In this document: piece after piece, positions 21,417 to 32,452 of the stretch | How the letters are laid out: each line of letters opens with the position of its first letter | Numbering within the stretch: the stretch's first letter is position 1 | Assembly: GCA_963665295.1 (NCBI GenBank) | Contig: OY762209.1 | Coordinates: 128,001 to 192,000 of the forward strand | Direction: 5' to 3' | DNA length: 64,000 nucleotides | DNA from: Syntrophorhabdaceae bacterium | Lineage (GTDB): Bacteria; Desulfobacterota; Syntrophorhabdia; Syntrophorhabdales; Syntrophorhabdaceae | Program-made: the position numbers and the translations under genes | Notes under the pieces: generated by a model | What the model was told of the DNA's origin: nothing | Seen by the model: only the letters and a program-made list of their open reading frames with translations | Database searches by the model: none

Positions 21417-23134
21417 CCGGCGGGAGTCGCCGCCGACTGCGCGCCCTTTCCATTCTGCTGGGCATGACAGGCTGGGGCTGGATGGCCCTGGCCCTGAGCG
21501 CCACCGTGGCGCAGGCTCTCATGGAGAACCTCATGGTGGTGGCCCTTATCCTCCTGGCCTATGCCCTCGGGATCCTGGATTTGGCGCGCCTCCCGGCCTG
21601 GCTGCCGCACCGGCCGGCGGACTGGGGAACGGCCATGGTGCTCGTGAGTCTGACGCTCCTGGGACTGGTGCGTTCCGGAACCCAGGCCACCGCTGCCTGC
21701 GCCCAGCACGCCGTGCTGGAATGGGTACGGGCGCGCATTCAGCGGCTGCAGGGGTACCGCATGCTCATGCTGCCGGCCTTGCCCCCCGTGGCCTTGAGTG
21801 AGGCCCATCTGATGATGGGGGACCATCTGAACAAAGCCACGAACTGGTGCTTCCACGGCGCGCAACTGGTCTCCTCCGCGCTGATCGCCGCCTCGTTCCT
21901 GCTCGCCCTGTTTCTGCTGGCCTGGAAGAACGCACTACTGGCTTCAGCCTGTCTGGCCGTGCTGGGCCTGTTGGTCAAGGGACTCAACCGCGCCATCCTG
22001 GCGCTGGCCGTTCACATCCCCCGACACCGGACGGTCCTCGAACAGGCCCTGGTGCGCATCAGCCGGAACCGCGTCCTCATCCGGGTCATGGACCTTCAGG
22101 AAGCGGAGCGCCGGCACTTCGACGATTCCGTCTTGGACTACTTCCGCTCCAGTTGCCGGACCTTCTGGCTGCGGGACGTCGCGACCGCCTTATTGCCTCT
22201 GCTCGGTATCCTCGTGATCGCACTCATGGTGGGAGTCAACGTCACATTCATCCACACTCCGCCCGTCACGCTCATGAGTTCCATCTACCTGTTCCTGGCC
22301 CTCACGCGCCGGATGGCCGGTGTCGTGGACAACGCCGGGGGGATGATACAGGCGCAGATGCCTTTCGACCGGGCGGCGGACCTGGTCTTTGCCATGGACG
22401 GACCGCACCGGGCACGGGCGTTCCGGGAGACGCCGACGGACCCTGCGGAACCCGGAAAGCTGCTCCGGCCGTCCGCGCCGCCTCCGGCGATCATCCTTCG
22501 TGGCGTGAGTTTCCGCTGGTCCGGGGCCCGGAACCCGATCTTCGAGGGCTTGGACCTGCACATCCCCGCTGGAAGCCGGTTCGGCATCGTCGGTCCCAAC
22601 GGCAGCGGCAAGACCACCCTGCTCCACCTGATCCTGGGGCTGGAGGAGCCTCAAGCCGGGGAGGTCCTGGTAGGCGGGATCCCTGCCCGCGACTATGCGA
22701 CCCTCGGTGGTCCCGTGTCCTACGTGGGGACGGAGAACCTGCTGATTCTGGGCAGCGTTCGGGACAACCTCGTGTACGGCGTGGCCGGGCGTCCGGAAGA
22801 CGCCGACCTCCGCCGCGCTCTGGACCAGGTTGGGTTGGGTCCGTGGGTAGGCAGCCTGGCCAGGGGTCTGGATCACCCTCTTGGAGAAAACGAAGAAGGT
22901 CTCTCTTCCGGCCAGAAGCAACGCCTCTCCTTGGCCCGGGCCCTCCTGCGAAACCCCTCCCTGCTGGTGCTGGACGAAGCGTCCGCCAACGTCGATACCC
23001 GCTCGGAACTGGAGTTGGCCTGTCTGCTCGACACCATTGCCCCGACGTGCACCATCCTTATAGTCTCCCACAAGCCGGGAATCCTGTCCGGCATCAGCCA
23101 TCGCTTCGAGCTACAGGAGCCGCTGCATGACTAA
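21413..23134 (+). CDS. ABC exporter, fused TMD-NBD (MsbA/PglK-like)
   Basis: N-terminal TM helices, [27 protein letters not shown] overlap with the Stealth gene. Confidence 0.88.
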   Translation: MTGGSRRRLRALSILLGMTGWGWMALALSATVAQALMENLMVVALILLAYALGILDLARLPAWLPHRPADWGTAMVLVSLTLLGLVRSGTQATAACAQHAVLEWVRARIQRLQGYRMLMLPALPPVALSEAHLMMGDHLNKATNWCFHGAQLVSSALIAASFLLALFLLAWKNALLASACLAVLGLLVKGLNRAILALAVHIPRHRTVLEQALVRISRNRVLIRVMDLQEAERRHFDDSVLDYFRSSCRTFWLRDVATALLPLLGILVIALMVGVNVTFIHTPPVTLMSSIYLFLALTRRMAGVVDNAGGMIQAQMPFDRAADLVFAMDGPHRARAFRETPTDPAEPGKLLRPSAPPPAIILRGVSFRWSGARNPIFEGLDLHIPAGSRFGIVGPNGSGKTTLLHLILGLEEPQAGEVLVGGIPARDYATLGGPVSYVGTENLLILGSVRDNLVYGVAGRPEDADLRRALDQVGLGPWVGSLARGLDHPLGENEEGLSSGQKQRLSLARALLRNPSLLVLDEASANVDTRSELELACLLDTIAPTCTILIVSHKPGILSGISHRFELQEPLHD

Positions 23135-24323
23135 AGGACTTCACTACGTCTCCTTGAGGGGAAACACCGGATACTTCACCGCCGCCCGCCGCCTCATGCA
23201 GGCCCTGGCGCAGGCCGGCGTGAATCTCACCTGGACGCCCGTCTCCAGCGATTCCTCCCGACCGGGGCCCGATTTCTCTCCCGGAGCCGGCGACAAGGAC
23301 CCGGGCCTGGCCCCCCTCTACCGTCGGGCGCTGGACTGCGACACCGTCCTGCTGCACACCCTGCCCGAGAATATGCCCTACTGGCTGGACCGGAAAGGGG
23401 ATAAGCGCATCGTGGGCTACACGGTCTGGGAGACCGACGTCCTGCAGACCCACTGGGCGCCCATCCTAAACCGGCTGGACCACCTCCTGGTCCCCTGCAT
23501 CTGGAATCGTGACCTGTTCCGGGACCAGGGCGTACGGGTCCCGATCAGCGTGCTGCCCCACCTGCCCGGGCCGGCTCACCCCGCGCCCCACGTCCGCTGG
23601 GCCGCCATCCCCGACGAGGATCTCGTCTTCTACTGCATCGAGACGTGGTCGATCCGCAAAAACCTGGACCAGGCCATAGTCCTCTTCCGCCAGTGCTTCA
23701 CTGCCGCCGACGGCGTCCGTCTGGTCGTGAAGACCACCTCATGGCCGGAGGGGAAAGGGGTCCTGGACCGTCCCGCTTTCCGTCCCTTGCGGCCCTTCAG
23801 GTCCCTCTTGCGCCGATTGCCGCTTCCGCTGAAGAAGCGAACAGCCGAACTGTTGAGAGAGACGGCAGCTGCACGCCTGCGGAGCCTCGAAGCCCTCACC
23901 CCCGGGGGCGCCCCCGTGGACCTCGTCACCGACGATTTGACTTGGGCTGAAGTGGAGGGGCTGCACCAGCGGGGAGACTGCTACTTCTCTCTGACTCACG
24001 GCGAGGGCTTCGGGCTGGGTCCCTTCGACGCCGCTGCTGCCGGAAAGCCGGTGATCGTCACAGGCTGGGGCGGCGTGCTTGACTATCTGGATCCAACCCA
24101 GGGCGGCCTGGTGGACTCGGATCCCGTCCCCGCGTGGAACAGGCCCGAGAGCGGCTGCTGGGTCCAACCGAGGCTCTCCCACGCCGCTGCCCTCCTGCGC
24201 GCCTTTCGCGCCGATCCCGAATCGGCACATCGCAGGGCCGAGGAGGCCCGGACCGGCATACACGAACGCTTCGGAGCGGCCGCGCTCATCCCCTTCCTGA
24301 AGGAGATCCTCGGCCATGACTGA
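23127..24323 (+). CDS. Glycosyltransferase, GT4/GT-B type
   Basis: GYTVWET, RKN, HGEGFGLGPFDAAAAGKPVI. Confidence 0.88.
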   Translation: MTKGLHYVSLRGNTGYFTAARRLMQALAQAGVNLTWTPVSSDSSRPGPDFSPGAGDKDPGLAPLYRRALDCDTVLLHTLPENMPYWLDRKGDKRIVGYTVWETDVLQTHWAPILNRLDHLLVPCIWNRDLFRDQGVRVPISVLPHLPGPAHPAPHVRWAAIPDEDLVFYCIETWSIRKNLDQAIVLFRQCFTAADGVRLVVKTTSWPEGKGVLDRPAFRPLRPFRSLLRRLPLPLKKRTAELLRETAAARLRSLEALTPGGAPVDLVTDDLTWAEVEGLHQRGDCYFSLTHGEGFGLGPFDAAAAGKPVIVTGWGGVLDYLDPTQGGLVDSDPVPAWNRPESGCWVQPRLSHAAALLRAFRADPESAHRRAEEARTGIHERFGAAALIPFLKEILGHD

Positions 24324-25149
24324 ACTCCTCATCCCGAACCAGTACCTGTTCGTCTTCGGCCTGCGCCGCCAGTACAGGCCCTTCCACATCGCGCACTACC
24401 TCTGCATCGAATCGTGCTTCCAGGTGAACCGCCCCGACCGCATTCTGTTCTTCTACAAGCATGAGCCCTGGGGACCGTGGTGGGATCTCGTAAAGCCCAG
24501 ACTCACCCTGGTGCGTGTCGCCTCGGACGCCCGCAGCTACGGGATCCGCTACGGGTGGCGCCACCGCGGCTGCCGCCGCTACCGATACGCTCATGTAGCC
24601 GACTTCGTCCGCCTCGAAAAACTGCTGGAGCTAGGCGGCATCTACACCGATATTGACACTTTGTTTGTCCATCCACCTCCCCCGGAACTGAGGGCCATGC
24701 CGTTCGTGCTGGGTCGGGAGAACGACATTGTGTGCCAGGCGACCGGCCGGACACTGCCCTCCCTCTGTAATGCCCTGATCATGTCCCGCCCTCGCGCCGA
24801 ATTCGGCCGGCGCTGGCTGCAGGCTATGTCTCAGGCCTTCGACGGCTCCTGGAGCAACCACTCGACCCTCCTGCCCCAGCGCCTCAGTCTGGAGATGCCC
24901 CACGCACTCCACATCGAGCCGGCGCGCACCTTCTATCCCTACATGTGGACCCGGGAAGACCTACGCACCCTTCTGGAGGGCTGCCGGCAGGATACCACAG
25001 GCATCGCCAGCATCCACCTATGGAGCCACCTCTGGTGGGCCCGCGGCCGCCGCGACTTCTCCAACTTCCACCAGGGCCTCATGACCGAATCCCACATTCG
25101 GCAGGTGGACACCACCTTCAATCTGCTTGCCCGCCCCTTCCTCCCGTAG
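24316..25149 (+). CDS. Glycosyltransferase with DxD motif (GT32-like)
   Basis: AHVADFVRL, GGIYTDID, LCNALIMS, IHLW. Confidence 0.85.
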   Translation: MTELLIPNQYLFVFGLRRQYRPFHIAHYLCIESCFQVNRPDRILFFYKHEPWGPWWDLVKPRLTLVRVASDARSYGIRYGWRHRGCRRYRYAHVADFVRLEKLLELGGIYTDIDTLFVHPPPPELRAMPFVLGRENDIVCQATGRTLPSLCNALIMSRPRAEFGRRWLQAMSQAFDGSWSNHSTLLPQRLSLEMPHALHIEPARTFYPYMWTREDLRTLLEGCRQDTTGIASIHLWSHLWWARGRRDFSNFHQGLMTESHIRQVDTTFNLLARPFLP

Positions 25150-27303
25150 ACAGGCGTCCAGCGCTTCAAGGGTAAAACCGGCGCGCACCAGTTGGAGGGC
25201 CCGAGCCGCCAGGGTCCTGCCCAGGGCGGGCTCCCGTCTCAGGCGGGCGCAGGCTTCGGCGAAGGCCGAGGGTGCATCCGCCACCAGGCAGTGGACCCCG
25301 TGTTCTACGGGCAATCCCTCCAGAGCCACGGAGGTAGCCACCACCGGGACCTGATGGGCGAAGGCCTCGAGCACCTTGATCCGGGTCCCGCCCCCGCAAC
25401 GGATGGGAGCCACCACCACATCCGCCGCGGCATACTCCGGCCCCAGGTCTTCCACCCAACCCGCCCATGTCCAACGGTCGTCGCCTCGTGCAGGACGTCT
25501 CCAAGGGAACCGTGGCCGCGCGCCCACCACCCGCAGGCGCCAGGCCACGCCCGACGCATCCAGAGCCGGTGCGAGGTCTTCGGCAAAATGTTTCAGGGCA
25601 TCCTCGTTGGGGAAGTAGCCCAGGGTCCCCACGAACAGGAGGGCAAGGCTGCTCCCGGGCGCTGTCACGGGCCGGACGGGCTTGAAGGGTACAGGAACAA
25701 CGTTCGGCAGGACGCCGACCTGCGTGCCGGGAAAACGCCGGGCGAGGGCGGCCGCGTCCGCGGATGAGGCGGCAAAGACTTTCTGAACCCGCGGGAGGAA
25801 GAAGTCCTCCACGCACCGGTACATCCGGGCTTCCCGCAAGCACAATAAGGCCTGCCTGCGCTCTCCTCCGCGACGGTGCGCCAAGGCCATGGATAGACGG
25901 GCCTTTGATTCCAGGTCGTCCATGTCCAGCCAGGCGGCGGCCAGGGGAAAGCGACGCATGAGAACCTGCGCCGGCGGCGACATGTAGAGGCGGAAGATGT
26001 GGATCCGGTCGAAGGGCTGGGAGCGATTCCAGGCCCGAGTTTTCCAAAGGTGGTCCAAAGAGGCCATCTCCCCGGCGAGGGCGTCGCCGCGCCGGCGCCG
26101 CCACCGCCACCACAAACGATAGCTCCAGCCCGTGTGCGGGGTGCGGGGGACAATCTCGATGTCCCGGCACAGGCCACTCAGGGAAGCGGGAATCCGAGCC
26201 TCGCCCGGATGGGGCAAAAACAGGAGCAGGTGTACGGCGTGGGTCCGGGCCAGGACCGTCAACTGGTGGTAAGGCCGCATGCATACGCCGGGCCCGAAGG
26301 GGGAGGGTACCGTCCCGCAGACGAAGAGAAGGGAGGGCCGAGCGCTCTGCACTCCGGCTCGAAAGGGGGGTGCGGCGCGGACCGGGCGCCTCCATGGCCG
26401 TACTCCCGCCCGGGCCAAGCGCCTTCCCACCAGGAAGCAGACGGCGCGGACGGCGAAATCAGGCCGCCTCAACACGAGACGAATGATCTCGGGATTGCGC
26501 CACGCGCGCCGGGCGCGGTGCAGGGCTCCAACACGAACCTTGAAGGCAAGGCAGGGATATTTCCCCTCCAGCGCCTTCAGCATCAGGGGAAGGTGGGGGG
26601 TAATGGAAAGCATCGGCGCGCCGTCCGCTATCAGCTTGCGCCGGGCGGCGGAGGTCTGGTCCGGATGCTCGCGGACCGCCACGAAAGCGCGCTCCGCGAG
26701 TGCCGGGGGGCGCGTCGCACGGAACAACTCCAGCCAGAAGAGGGTGTCCTCGCCGAACCTGAGATGCGTGGGAAACCGGCGAGGGCCGATCGCCTCCCGG
26801 CTCACCAGGCAGGACCCGACGGCGACTCCCTGGGTGAGCAGGGCAGATACAGGGTCCTTCCGGTAGGCCCGGAGATTGAAGCCGGTGATCAGGTCCCGGG
26901 GATAGGAGGTACTCCGGCCGTCCTGGAAGCGCAGCGCGCGGCCCAGGACCACCTGGGCGCCGTCCTCGCGGGCCGGCAGAGCCTTGAAGCAGCGCTCCAG
27001 AAAGTCCACGAACAGGATATCATCGTCATCCAGGAAAAGGATCCAGTCCCCTCTGGCGACCCCCAGCCCCACGTTCCGGGCATGGCCCGTTCCGTGGTTC
27101 CGGTCCAGTGCAATGAAGCGTACGCAGTCGTGCAGTGTCGTGAGGCGCACGATGGCCTCCCGGGCGTCCGGGTCCGAGCCGTTGTCGATCACCAGAATTT
27201 CAAGGGGCGGCAAAGTCTGGTTGATAGCCGACAGGATGGCCTCACGCAGGAAGGCAGGCCGGTTCCGACTGGGGATGATGACTGAGACCGTGGGAAGAGC
27301 CAT
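25018..27303 (-). CDS. GT2-GT4 fusion glycosyltransferase
   Basis: N-terminal VSVIIP, DNGSD, ARNVG, FLDDDD; C-terminal FVGTLGYFPN, GGGTRIKVLEAFA; start uncertain (ORF extends to 27378). Confidence 0.88.
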   Translation of the reverse strand: MALPTVSVIIPSRNRPAFLREAILSAINQTLPPLEILVIDNGSDPDAREAIVRLTTLHDCVRFIALDRNHGTGHARNVGLGVARGDWILFLDDDDILFVDFLERCFKALPAREDGAQVVLGRALRFQDGRSTSYPRDLITGFNLRAYRKDPVSALLTQGVAVGSCLVSREAIGPRRFPTHLRFGEDTLFWLELFRATRPPALAERAFVAVREHPDQTSAARRKLIADGAPMLSITPHLPLMLKALEGKYPCLAFKVRVGALHRARRAWRNPEIIRLVLRRPDFAVRAVCFLVGRRLARAGVRPWRRPVRAAPPFRAGVQSARPSLLFVCGTVPSPFGPGVCMRPYHQLTVLARTHAVHLLLFLPHPGEARIPASLSGLCRDIEIVPRTPHTGWSYRLWWRWRRRRGDALAGEMASLDHLWKTRAWNRSQPFDRIHIFRLYMSPPAQVLMRRFPLAAAWLDMDDLESKARLSMALAHRRGGERRQALLCLREARMYRCVEDFFLPRVQKVFAASSADAAALARRFPGTQVGVLPNVVPVPFKPVRPVTAPGSSLALLFVGTLGYFPNEDALKHFAEDLAPALDASGVAWRLRVVGARPRFPWRRPARGDDRWTWAGWVEDLGPEYAAADVVVAPIRCGGGTRIKVLEAFAHQVPVVATSVALEGLPVEHGVHCLVADAPSAFAEACARLRREPALGRTLAARALQLVRAGFTLEALDACLREEGAGKQIEGGVHLPNVGFGHEALVEVGEVAAAAGPPEVAP

Positions 27304-27605
27304 TGGCGGCGTCAATCGGTCAGCCGTTGACTGTTGTGCCACGTCGTGGACACTCAGGCTGCTCAGCGTGATTTGCACTCCGATTCCTCAACTTTCTTCT
27401 CCCGGAAAGGTTTCAGTTTCCGTTCTTAACACCGATAGTCGCCGCTATGCATTCCATCGCGGCATCTGATGGAACTGAGACGCATTCTCCGGGGATATTG
27501 AATTGCAGATCACTCCTAACAGAGTGTATGACATGCCGCTTCTTCCGAACCTTATTATACCGCATGTTTGCCGCTTATGTCACTAGCCCCAACAATGCAG
27601 CAAGT

Positions 27606-29603
27606 TTACCGAACAGGCAACCGAATCCTGTCACCCAGGAAGACCTTGCTCTTTATCCCCAGATGACTGCTGTTCATGTAAAGGATGTCTTTCTCGTGCA
27701 TGGCGGAACAGGCCTTGTCATCACAGAAATATGGAACCAGATCGACCGTCTTTACGTTCGGGTACTGCTTGATGGACTCAGCAACAATTCTTCTATATAC
27801 TTCCTGGCGAGCATCAACGGTCTTCCTGTCGATAACGCATGATTCTGCGGCCCTATCCCGGACGCACCTCCTTGGACTAAAATCAAGCTCGGGATAATCG
27901 AGCAAGATGATTACCTCTTTTCCCGCATCCCTTAATTGTCGGAGGGTATTCTTTAAACCAATCTCAAACATCCTGTCCCGATCTTTCACCTCCGGGTTAT
28001 CGATTAACCTGATTCGATAGTAATCACTGTCCATCTTTGCTCCAAAATCGACCCCGCTTTGCGTCGCGGCAAAACGTCCCGCAAGTATTACATAACGAAT
28101 GTCCGGGTTGTGCGTAATGTACTCCATGATCCGGCGCGTGCTTTCAGGGCAGACCGGGGAATTATCCCTCTCGATGCCCAGGAACGGGACACAACCATTC
28201 CTTCCGAAGAGAACTACGTCAATATTGCGTTTATTTAAACTGTGCCGGATTGCCCAGAATACCACCTTTGCGTGCGAATCGCCGACAAGGGCGACCGAAG
28301 GCGTGCCCGAAACATTGGACATCTGGCAAAAACTGTCCTGAGCGAAGGGGTATATCGACCTGCACTCGGCGCGATTCTCCTCCTGTCCGGGCTCGTCTAT
28401 GGTGAACGCGGCTTCGTCGAAGCGCATATGCGTGACGGGATTGATGTATCCCTTCAGGCCGAGGCATGCCGTTGCAACCATGAGGGCACAAAGAAAAACT
28501 GTCTTGACGGGGCGGACCCGGCCGAACCTGAGAGGCCGTTCGATCAGCACATATGTTATGCACGCCAATAAGAAGCCCGCCGATATAAGGGCAATACGCA
28601 TCCCCTTTGGCGGCGTTCCTGCATAGCAGATGTGGGCAAACGACAACAGAGACCAGTGCCATAAGTAGAATGGGTAGCTGACCAAACCGATCCCAACCAG
28701 AACATTTCGTGACAGTATGCGGCGGTTTATCCAGGCCCCGGATCCGGCAGCTATGACCAGGCAAGTACCCAGAGTCGGGAGCAAGGCCCACCAACCGGGA
28801 TAATTCTTCTGCTCCCCGATCATGAAGAAGGAGGCCATAATCAGTAGCAGTCCCAACCAACTCGCCGCGTCCGGTGCAATCCTGTAAAGGTTCACGGTCG
28901 CGCCCTTGCCCCCGGAGGACAAAGGAATGACGGATCGAATCCCCTTGCCTTGAAACGCCGGACAGGCGAGAAGGGCGCCGAGAGAGAGCTCCCATAAACG
29001 GGTTGGAAGCAAATAGAACGTGGCCGCGGGATTGACCTTTATGAGCACAACGTTGAACAGGAAAGACAGCGACACCGTGGCCAGCAAACCCCATGGCATG
29101 AGTTGTTTGTGCTTGCGCGTAAGAAGAAAAACGATAAATGCCGGCCATATTATGTAGAATTGTTCCTCAACACCGAGAGACCAGAGGTGCATGAGGGGCT
29201 TCTCTGCCACTGCTCTGTCGAAATACCCGGTTTCACGCCACAAAACCATGTTCGTTATGAAACCGGCTCCGGCAACGACATGCTTTGCCAGTATTTTGTA
29301 TTCATGCCACAGCAGCATGAACCACCCTGCTGCAAGGCAAGCCAATAATATCGTAATCAAGGCCGGAAAAATGCGCCGGATTCTCCGTCCATAAAAATCG
29401 GTATAACGAAAGCGATTGTTCCCTGTCTCTCTCACAATCAGAGAAGAGATCAGGTAGCCGGAAATAACGAAGAAGACGTCAACTCCGGCATACCCTCCTT
29501 GCGCAAGGGCGGGAAAAGCGTGAAAACAGACTACGGCCAGAACTGCTATCGCACGAATGCCATCGATATCAGGACGATAATCAAAAGGGGTGTTTGAATT
29601 CAC
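27606..29603 (-). CDS. Acyltransferase-3 plus SGNH domain protein (OatA/OafA-like O-acyltransferase)
   Basis: RPDIDGIRAIAV, GVDVFFVISGYLI, HLWSLGVEEQFY, SYPFYLWHW, GDSHA, SSHL. Confidence 0.92.
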   Translation of the reverse strand: MNSNTPFDYRPDIDGIRAIAVLAVVCFHAFPALAQGGYAGVDVFFVISGYLISSLIVRETGNNRFRYTDFYGRRIRRIFPALITILLACLAAGWFMLLWHEYKILAKHVVAGAGFITNMVLWRETGYFDRAVAEKPLMHLWSLGVEEQFYIIWPAFIVFLLTRKHKQLMPWGLLATVSLSFLFNVVLIKVNPAATFYLLPTRLWELSLGALLACPAFQGKGIRSVIPLSSGGKGATVNLYRIAPDAASWLGLLLIMASFFMIGEQKNYPGWWALLPTLGTCLVIAAGSGAWINRRILSRNVLVGIGLVSYPFYLWHWSLLSFAHICYAGTPPKGMRIALISAGFLLACITYVLIERPLRFGRVRPVKTVFLCALMVATACLGLKGYINPVTHMRFDEAAFTIDEPGQEENRAECRSIYPFAQDSFCQMSNVSGTPSVALVGDSHAKVVFWAIRHSLNKRNIDVVLFGRNGCVPFLGIERDNSPVCPESTRRIMEYITHNPDIRYVILAGRFAATQSGVDFGAKMDSDYYRIRLIDNPEVKDRDRMFEIGLKNTLRQLRDAGKEVIILLDYPELDFSPRRCVRDRAAESCVIDRKTVDARQEVYRRIVAESIKQYPNVKTVDLVPYFCDDKACSAMHEKDILYMNSSHLGIKSKVFLGDRIRLPVR

Positions 29604-30401
29604 GGTTAGATAGTCAATACCTGGTCTCTCCTCAATTCTTTACGGAGAAGAAGTCAGCCTAGTGTACTCCGTTTTCCTCCGTGATTCCACCAATTCCATT
29701 CTCTTTGACGCGCAATGAGAGAATGCCTTTCATGGTACGGGGTTCAGCAGGGGCGCAGCTTTCCGTTATCAAGAGCGTCTCCATGGGGAATTCCGAATGA
29801 CGATAGAATCGGGGGAAGCTCTTGCCTACCAAGGATTCAAGAAACCATGAAGTGTTTCTTCCCGGGCGCAGGTGATTGCCCGGCCTGATAGCTCCCGGCG
29901 TTGAACACAGGGTTTCGAGGCGAGCATGATTGATGGTCCCATCCTCCGGGCCTGTCATCGGCCTTGTCTTATTCCTTTCACCTCAATATTATATGCAGTT
30001 TCTCTTTCGATTCAATGCTTTTTTGCGCCCTTCTCGGCGGAAAGAAAAGAATGGTAAGGCAGACTGTTGGTCCCGCAATTTCGTAGTGGAGAAACTCGGT
30101 CAGTACAGGCATGTCCTCTGTCACCGCGTACTCCATAGTGCCTGAGTTGCTGCACCCTCCGGAAGATGCCCCACCCTTCCCTCATTCATCAGGAAAGACG
30201 GGGTTTATATGACACGCTTGGAATCAGGAAAAGGAGACGTCCCCGAAAATCCCTGGAAGGAAACATAGGGGGCCATCCGGCTATGCCGTGGGGAAGAAGC
30301 GATATATTTGCTGACGCGAGGGGCGCGAGCAGCGTATAATTCACCCATGCCGTCGGTATATTGCCGACCTGTTAAAGGATCGGCGGATTTGGAGGTCTTT
30401 C

Positions 30402-31433
30402 GTGAAAAAGAATAATCCCGTAAAAAAAGCCCCCGGAAATGAACTAGAGGCCCTTATCAGGGAAGTGGCGGCCCGGTCCGAAACCCCCTTGAACAACCTG
30501 CTCTTCGAACCGCCCTGCGTGGGAATCGCCACGTTCTTCCGCCTGCCCTGCACGGACGATCCGAAAGGGTTGGACATAGCCCTTGTGGGCGTCCCCTACG
30601 ACGGGGGATTGACCGGCCGCACCGGGACAAGGGAAGGGCCCCGTGCCGTCCGCGACGCCTCCTGCCTGGTGGGCGGCTACGACCACCAGTTGAAGTTGAT
30701 ACCCCAGGTAATCTGCAAATGCGCCGACGTGGGGGACGTGCTTTTCCGCAACCGCTACCACCATGAGAAGGCGATCAAGGAACTGGAATCATATTACCGC
30801 CGCCTCGTCGGCACAGGCGCGGTGCCTCTCACCTGCGGCGGGGATCATTCCATAACCTATCCTATTCTGAAAGCGGTGGGTGCGGCGGGCCCGGTGGGGC
30901 TTATCCATTTCGACTCCCACTGTGACACCGGGGGCTCCTCCCATGGAAGCAAGTTCCACCATGGGGCCCCTTTCCGGCAAGCCGTGGAGGCCGGTGTTCT
31001 CGATCCCCGGCGCACGGTACAGATAGGGATACGGGGAAGATCGGAACTGCTCTGGTCCTTCTCCTATGAGAGCGGTATGCGGGTGATCCACGTGGAGGAT
31101 TTCTACGAAATGGGGTGGAGGAAGGTTGTCGAGGAAACCCGGCAGATCGTAGGCACGGGGCCGGTATACTTGAGCTTCGACATCGATTGCCTTGATCCCG
31201 CCTATGCGCCCGGTACCGGCACACCCGAGGTGGGCGGGATAACCAGCTTCGAGGCGCAGCAGATGATCCGGGGTCTCAGGGGATTGAATTTCGTCGGCGC
31301 GGACCTGATGGAGGTCTCGCCTCCTTTTGACAGCGGGGATATCACGTCCCTTGCGGGGGCGGATCTTCTGTTTCGCATATTCTGTGTGGTCGCCGATGCC
31401 GTGGCCGCGCGGAAAGGGACAGATTCAATGTGA
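30402..31433 (+). CDS. speB: Agmatinase/ureohydrolase
   Basis: GVPYD, GGDHS, HFDSHCD, SFDIDCLDP, GTGTPEVGG; exact substrate not certain. Confidence 0.85.
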   Translation: MKKNNPVKKAPGNELEALIREVAARSETPLNNLLFEPPCVGIATFFRLPCTDDPKGLDIALVGVPYDGGLTGRTGTREGPRAVRDASCLVGGYDHQLKLIPQVICKCADVGDVLFRNRYHHEKAIKELESYYRRLVGTGAVPLTCGGDHSITYPILKAVGAAGPVGLIHFDSHCDTGGSSHGSKFHHGAPFRQAVEAGVLDPRRTVQIGIRGRSELLWSFSYESGMRVIHVEDFYEMGWRKVVEETRQIVGTGPVYLSFDIDCLDPAYAPGTGTPEVGGITSFEAQQMIRGLRGLNFVGADLMEVSPPFDSGDITSLAGADLLFRIFCVVADAVAARKGTDSM

Positions 31434-31454
31434 CGTGAAAGCGAGGGCGAGCCT

Positions 31455-32435
31455 CTATTCCGGCGACGGTTCGAGTCCGAGGTCCCGGATCATTTCTATG
31501 TCGAGGGCCGGGTCCCTTCCGGGAGTGGTGAGGTAGTCGCCTGTCATGAGGGAGTTGCAGCCCGCCACGATGCCGAGAGGCAATAGCTGTCGGAGGTTAT
31601 ATTCTTTTCCCCCGCAAAGTTTGATGTCTTTGTCGGGCAGGATGAACCTGTAGACGGCGATGGTGGTGAGAAGTTCCATGGGACTTACCCGGGGCACGTA
31701 TGCGAGGGGCGTGCCGGGTCTCGGGTTAAGGATATTGAAAGGCACGGAATCGACATCCAATTCCTTCAGGGTCAGGGCGAACTCTATCCTCTGCTCCATG
31801 GTCTCGCCCATGCCGATAATACCCCCGGAGCAGGTGGAGAGGCCCGCCGCTTTCGCGGTCAGGACTGTGTCTATATCCTCCTGGTATCCGTGGGATGAGC
31901 AGATGTTGTCGAAGAAACTCCGGGCGGTCTCAAGGTTATGGTGGTACCGGTAAAGGCCGGCGCTTTTGAGGGCCGAGGCCCTTTCCGTGTCGAGCATACC
32001 CAGGGAGACGCACGGCTTGAGGCCCATGCGGGCAATGTCCTCTATGGCTTCGTAGATCTCGGACCACTCTTTCTCGTCCTCAACCCTCGTGCCGCTCGTA
32101 ATGATGCCGAACATGTGGGCGCCCTCTTCTTTTGCCTGCCTCGCCCTGTCGAGAATAACGTCCCTGCCTACAAAGGGGTATTCAGGTGCATCGGTGCAGT
32201 AGTGAGCCGACTGGGCGCAGAACCTGCAGTTCTCGCCACAGAGACCGGATTTGGCATTTACGATCCCGCAAAGGTTTATGTGTTTACCCTTGAAGTGTTC
32301 CCTTATTTCGGAAGCCGCTGCAATAAGGAGGAACGGATGGACCCGCCCTGCCTCACGAAGCGCCCCGGCTTCATCAAAACCGATGTTCCGCGACTTGATC
32401 GCCTGTTCCGTGAGTACCCTTATGGTTTTGTTCAT
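31455..32435 (-). CDS. bioB: Biotin synthase
   Basis: NAKSGLCGENCRFCAQSAH, YHHNLET, CSGGIIGMGE, GDYLTTPG. Confidence 0.95.
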   Translation of the reverse strand: MNKTIRVLTEQAIKSRNIGFDEAGALREAGRVHPFLLIAAASEIREHFKGKHINLCGIVNAKSGLCGENCRFCAQSAHYCTDAPEYPFVGRDVILDRARQAKEEGAHMFGIITSGTRVEDEKEWSEIYEAIEDIARMGLKPCVSLGMLDTERASALKSAGLYRYHHNLETARSFFDNICSSHGYQEDIDTVLTAKAAGLSTCSGGIIGMGETMEQRIEFALTLKELDVDSVPFNILNPRPGTPLAYVPRVSPMELLTTIAVYRFILPDKDIKLCGGKEYNLRQLLPLGIVAGCNSLMTGDYLTTPGRDPALDIEMIRDLGLEPSPE

Positions 32436-32452
32436 GTGACGTCCTTTTCTCC

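Noticed and set aside
29659..30300. Short ORFs and a GGAGACGTCCCCGAAAAT motif loosely echoed near 39345 and 60688
   Set aside because: No protein motifs; similarity among the motifs is too short to call a repeat family or IS end
19786..30300. Intact prophage or ICE at tRNA-Val
   Set aside because: No integrase, phage or conjugation genes, and no duplicated tRNA-Val 3' end seen
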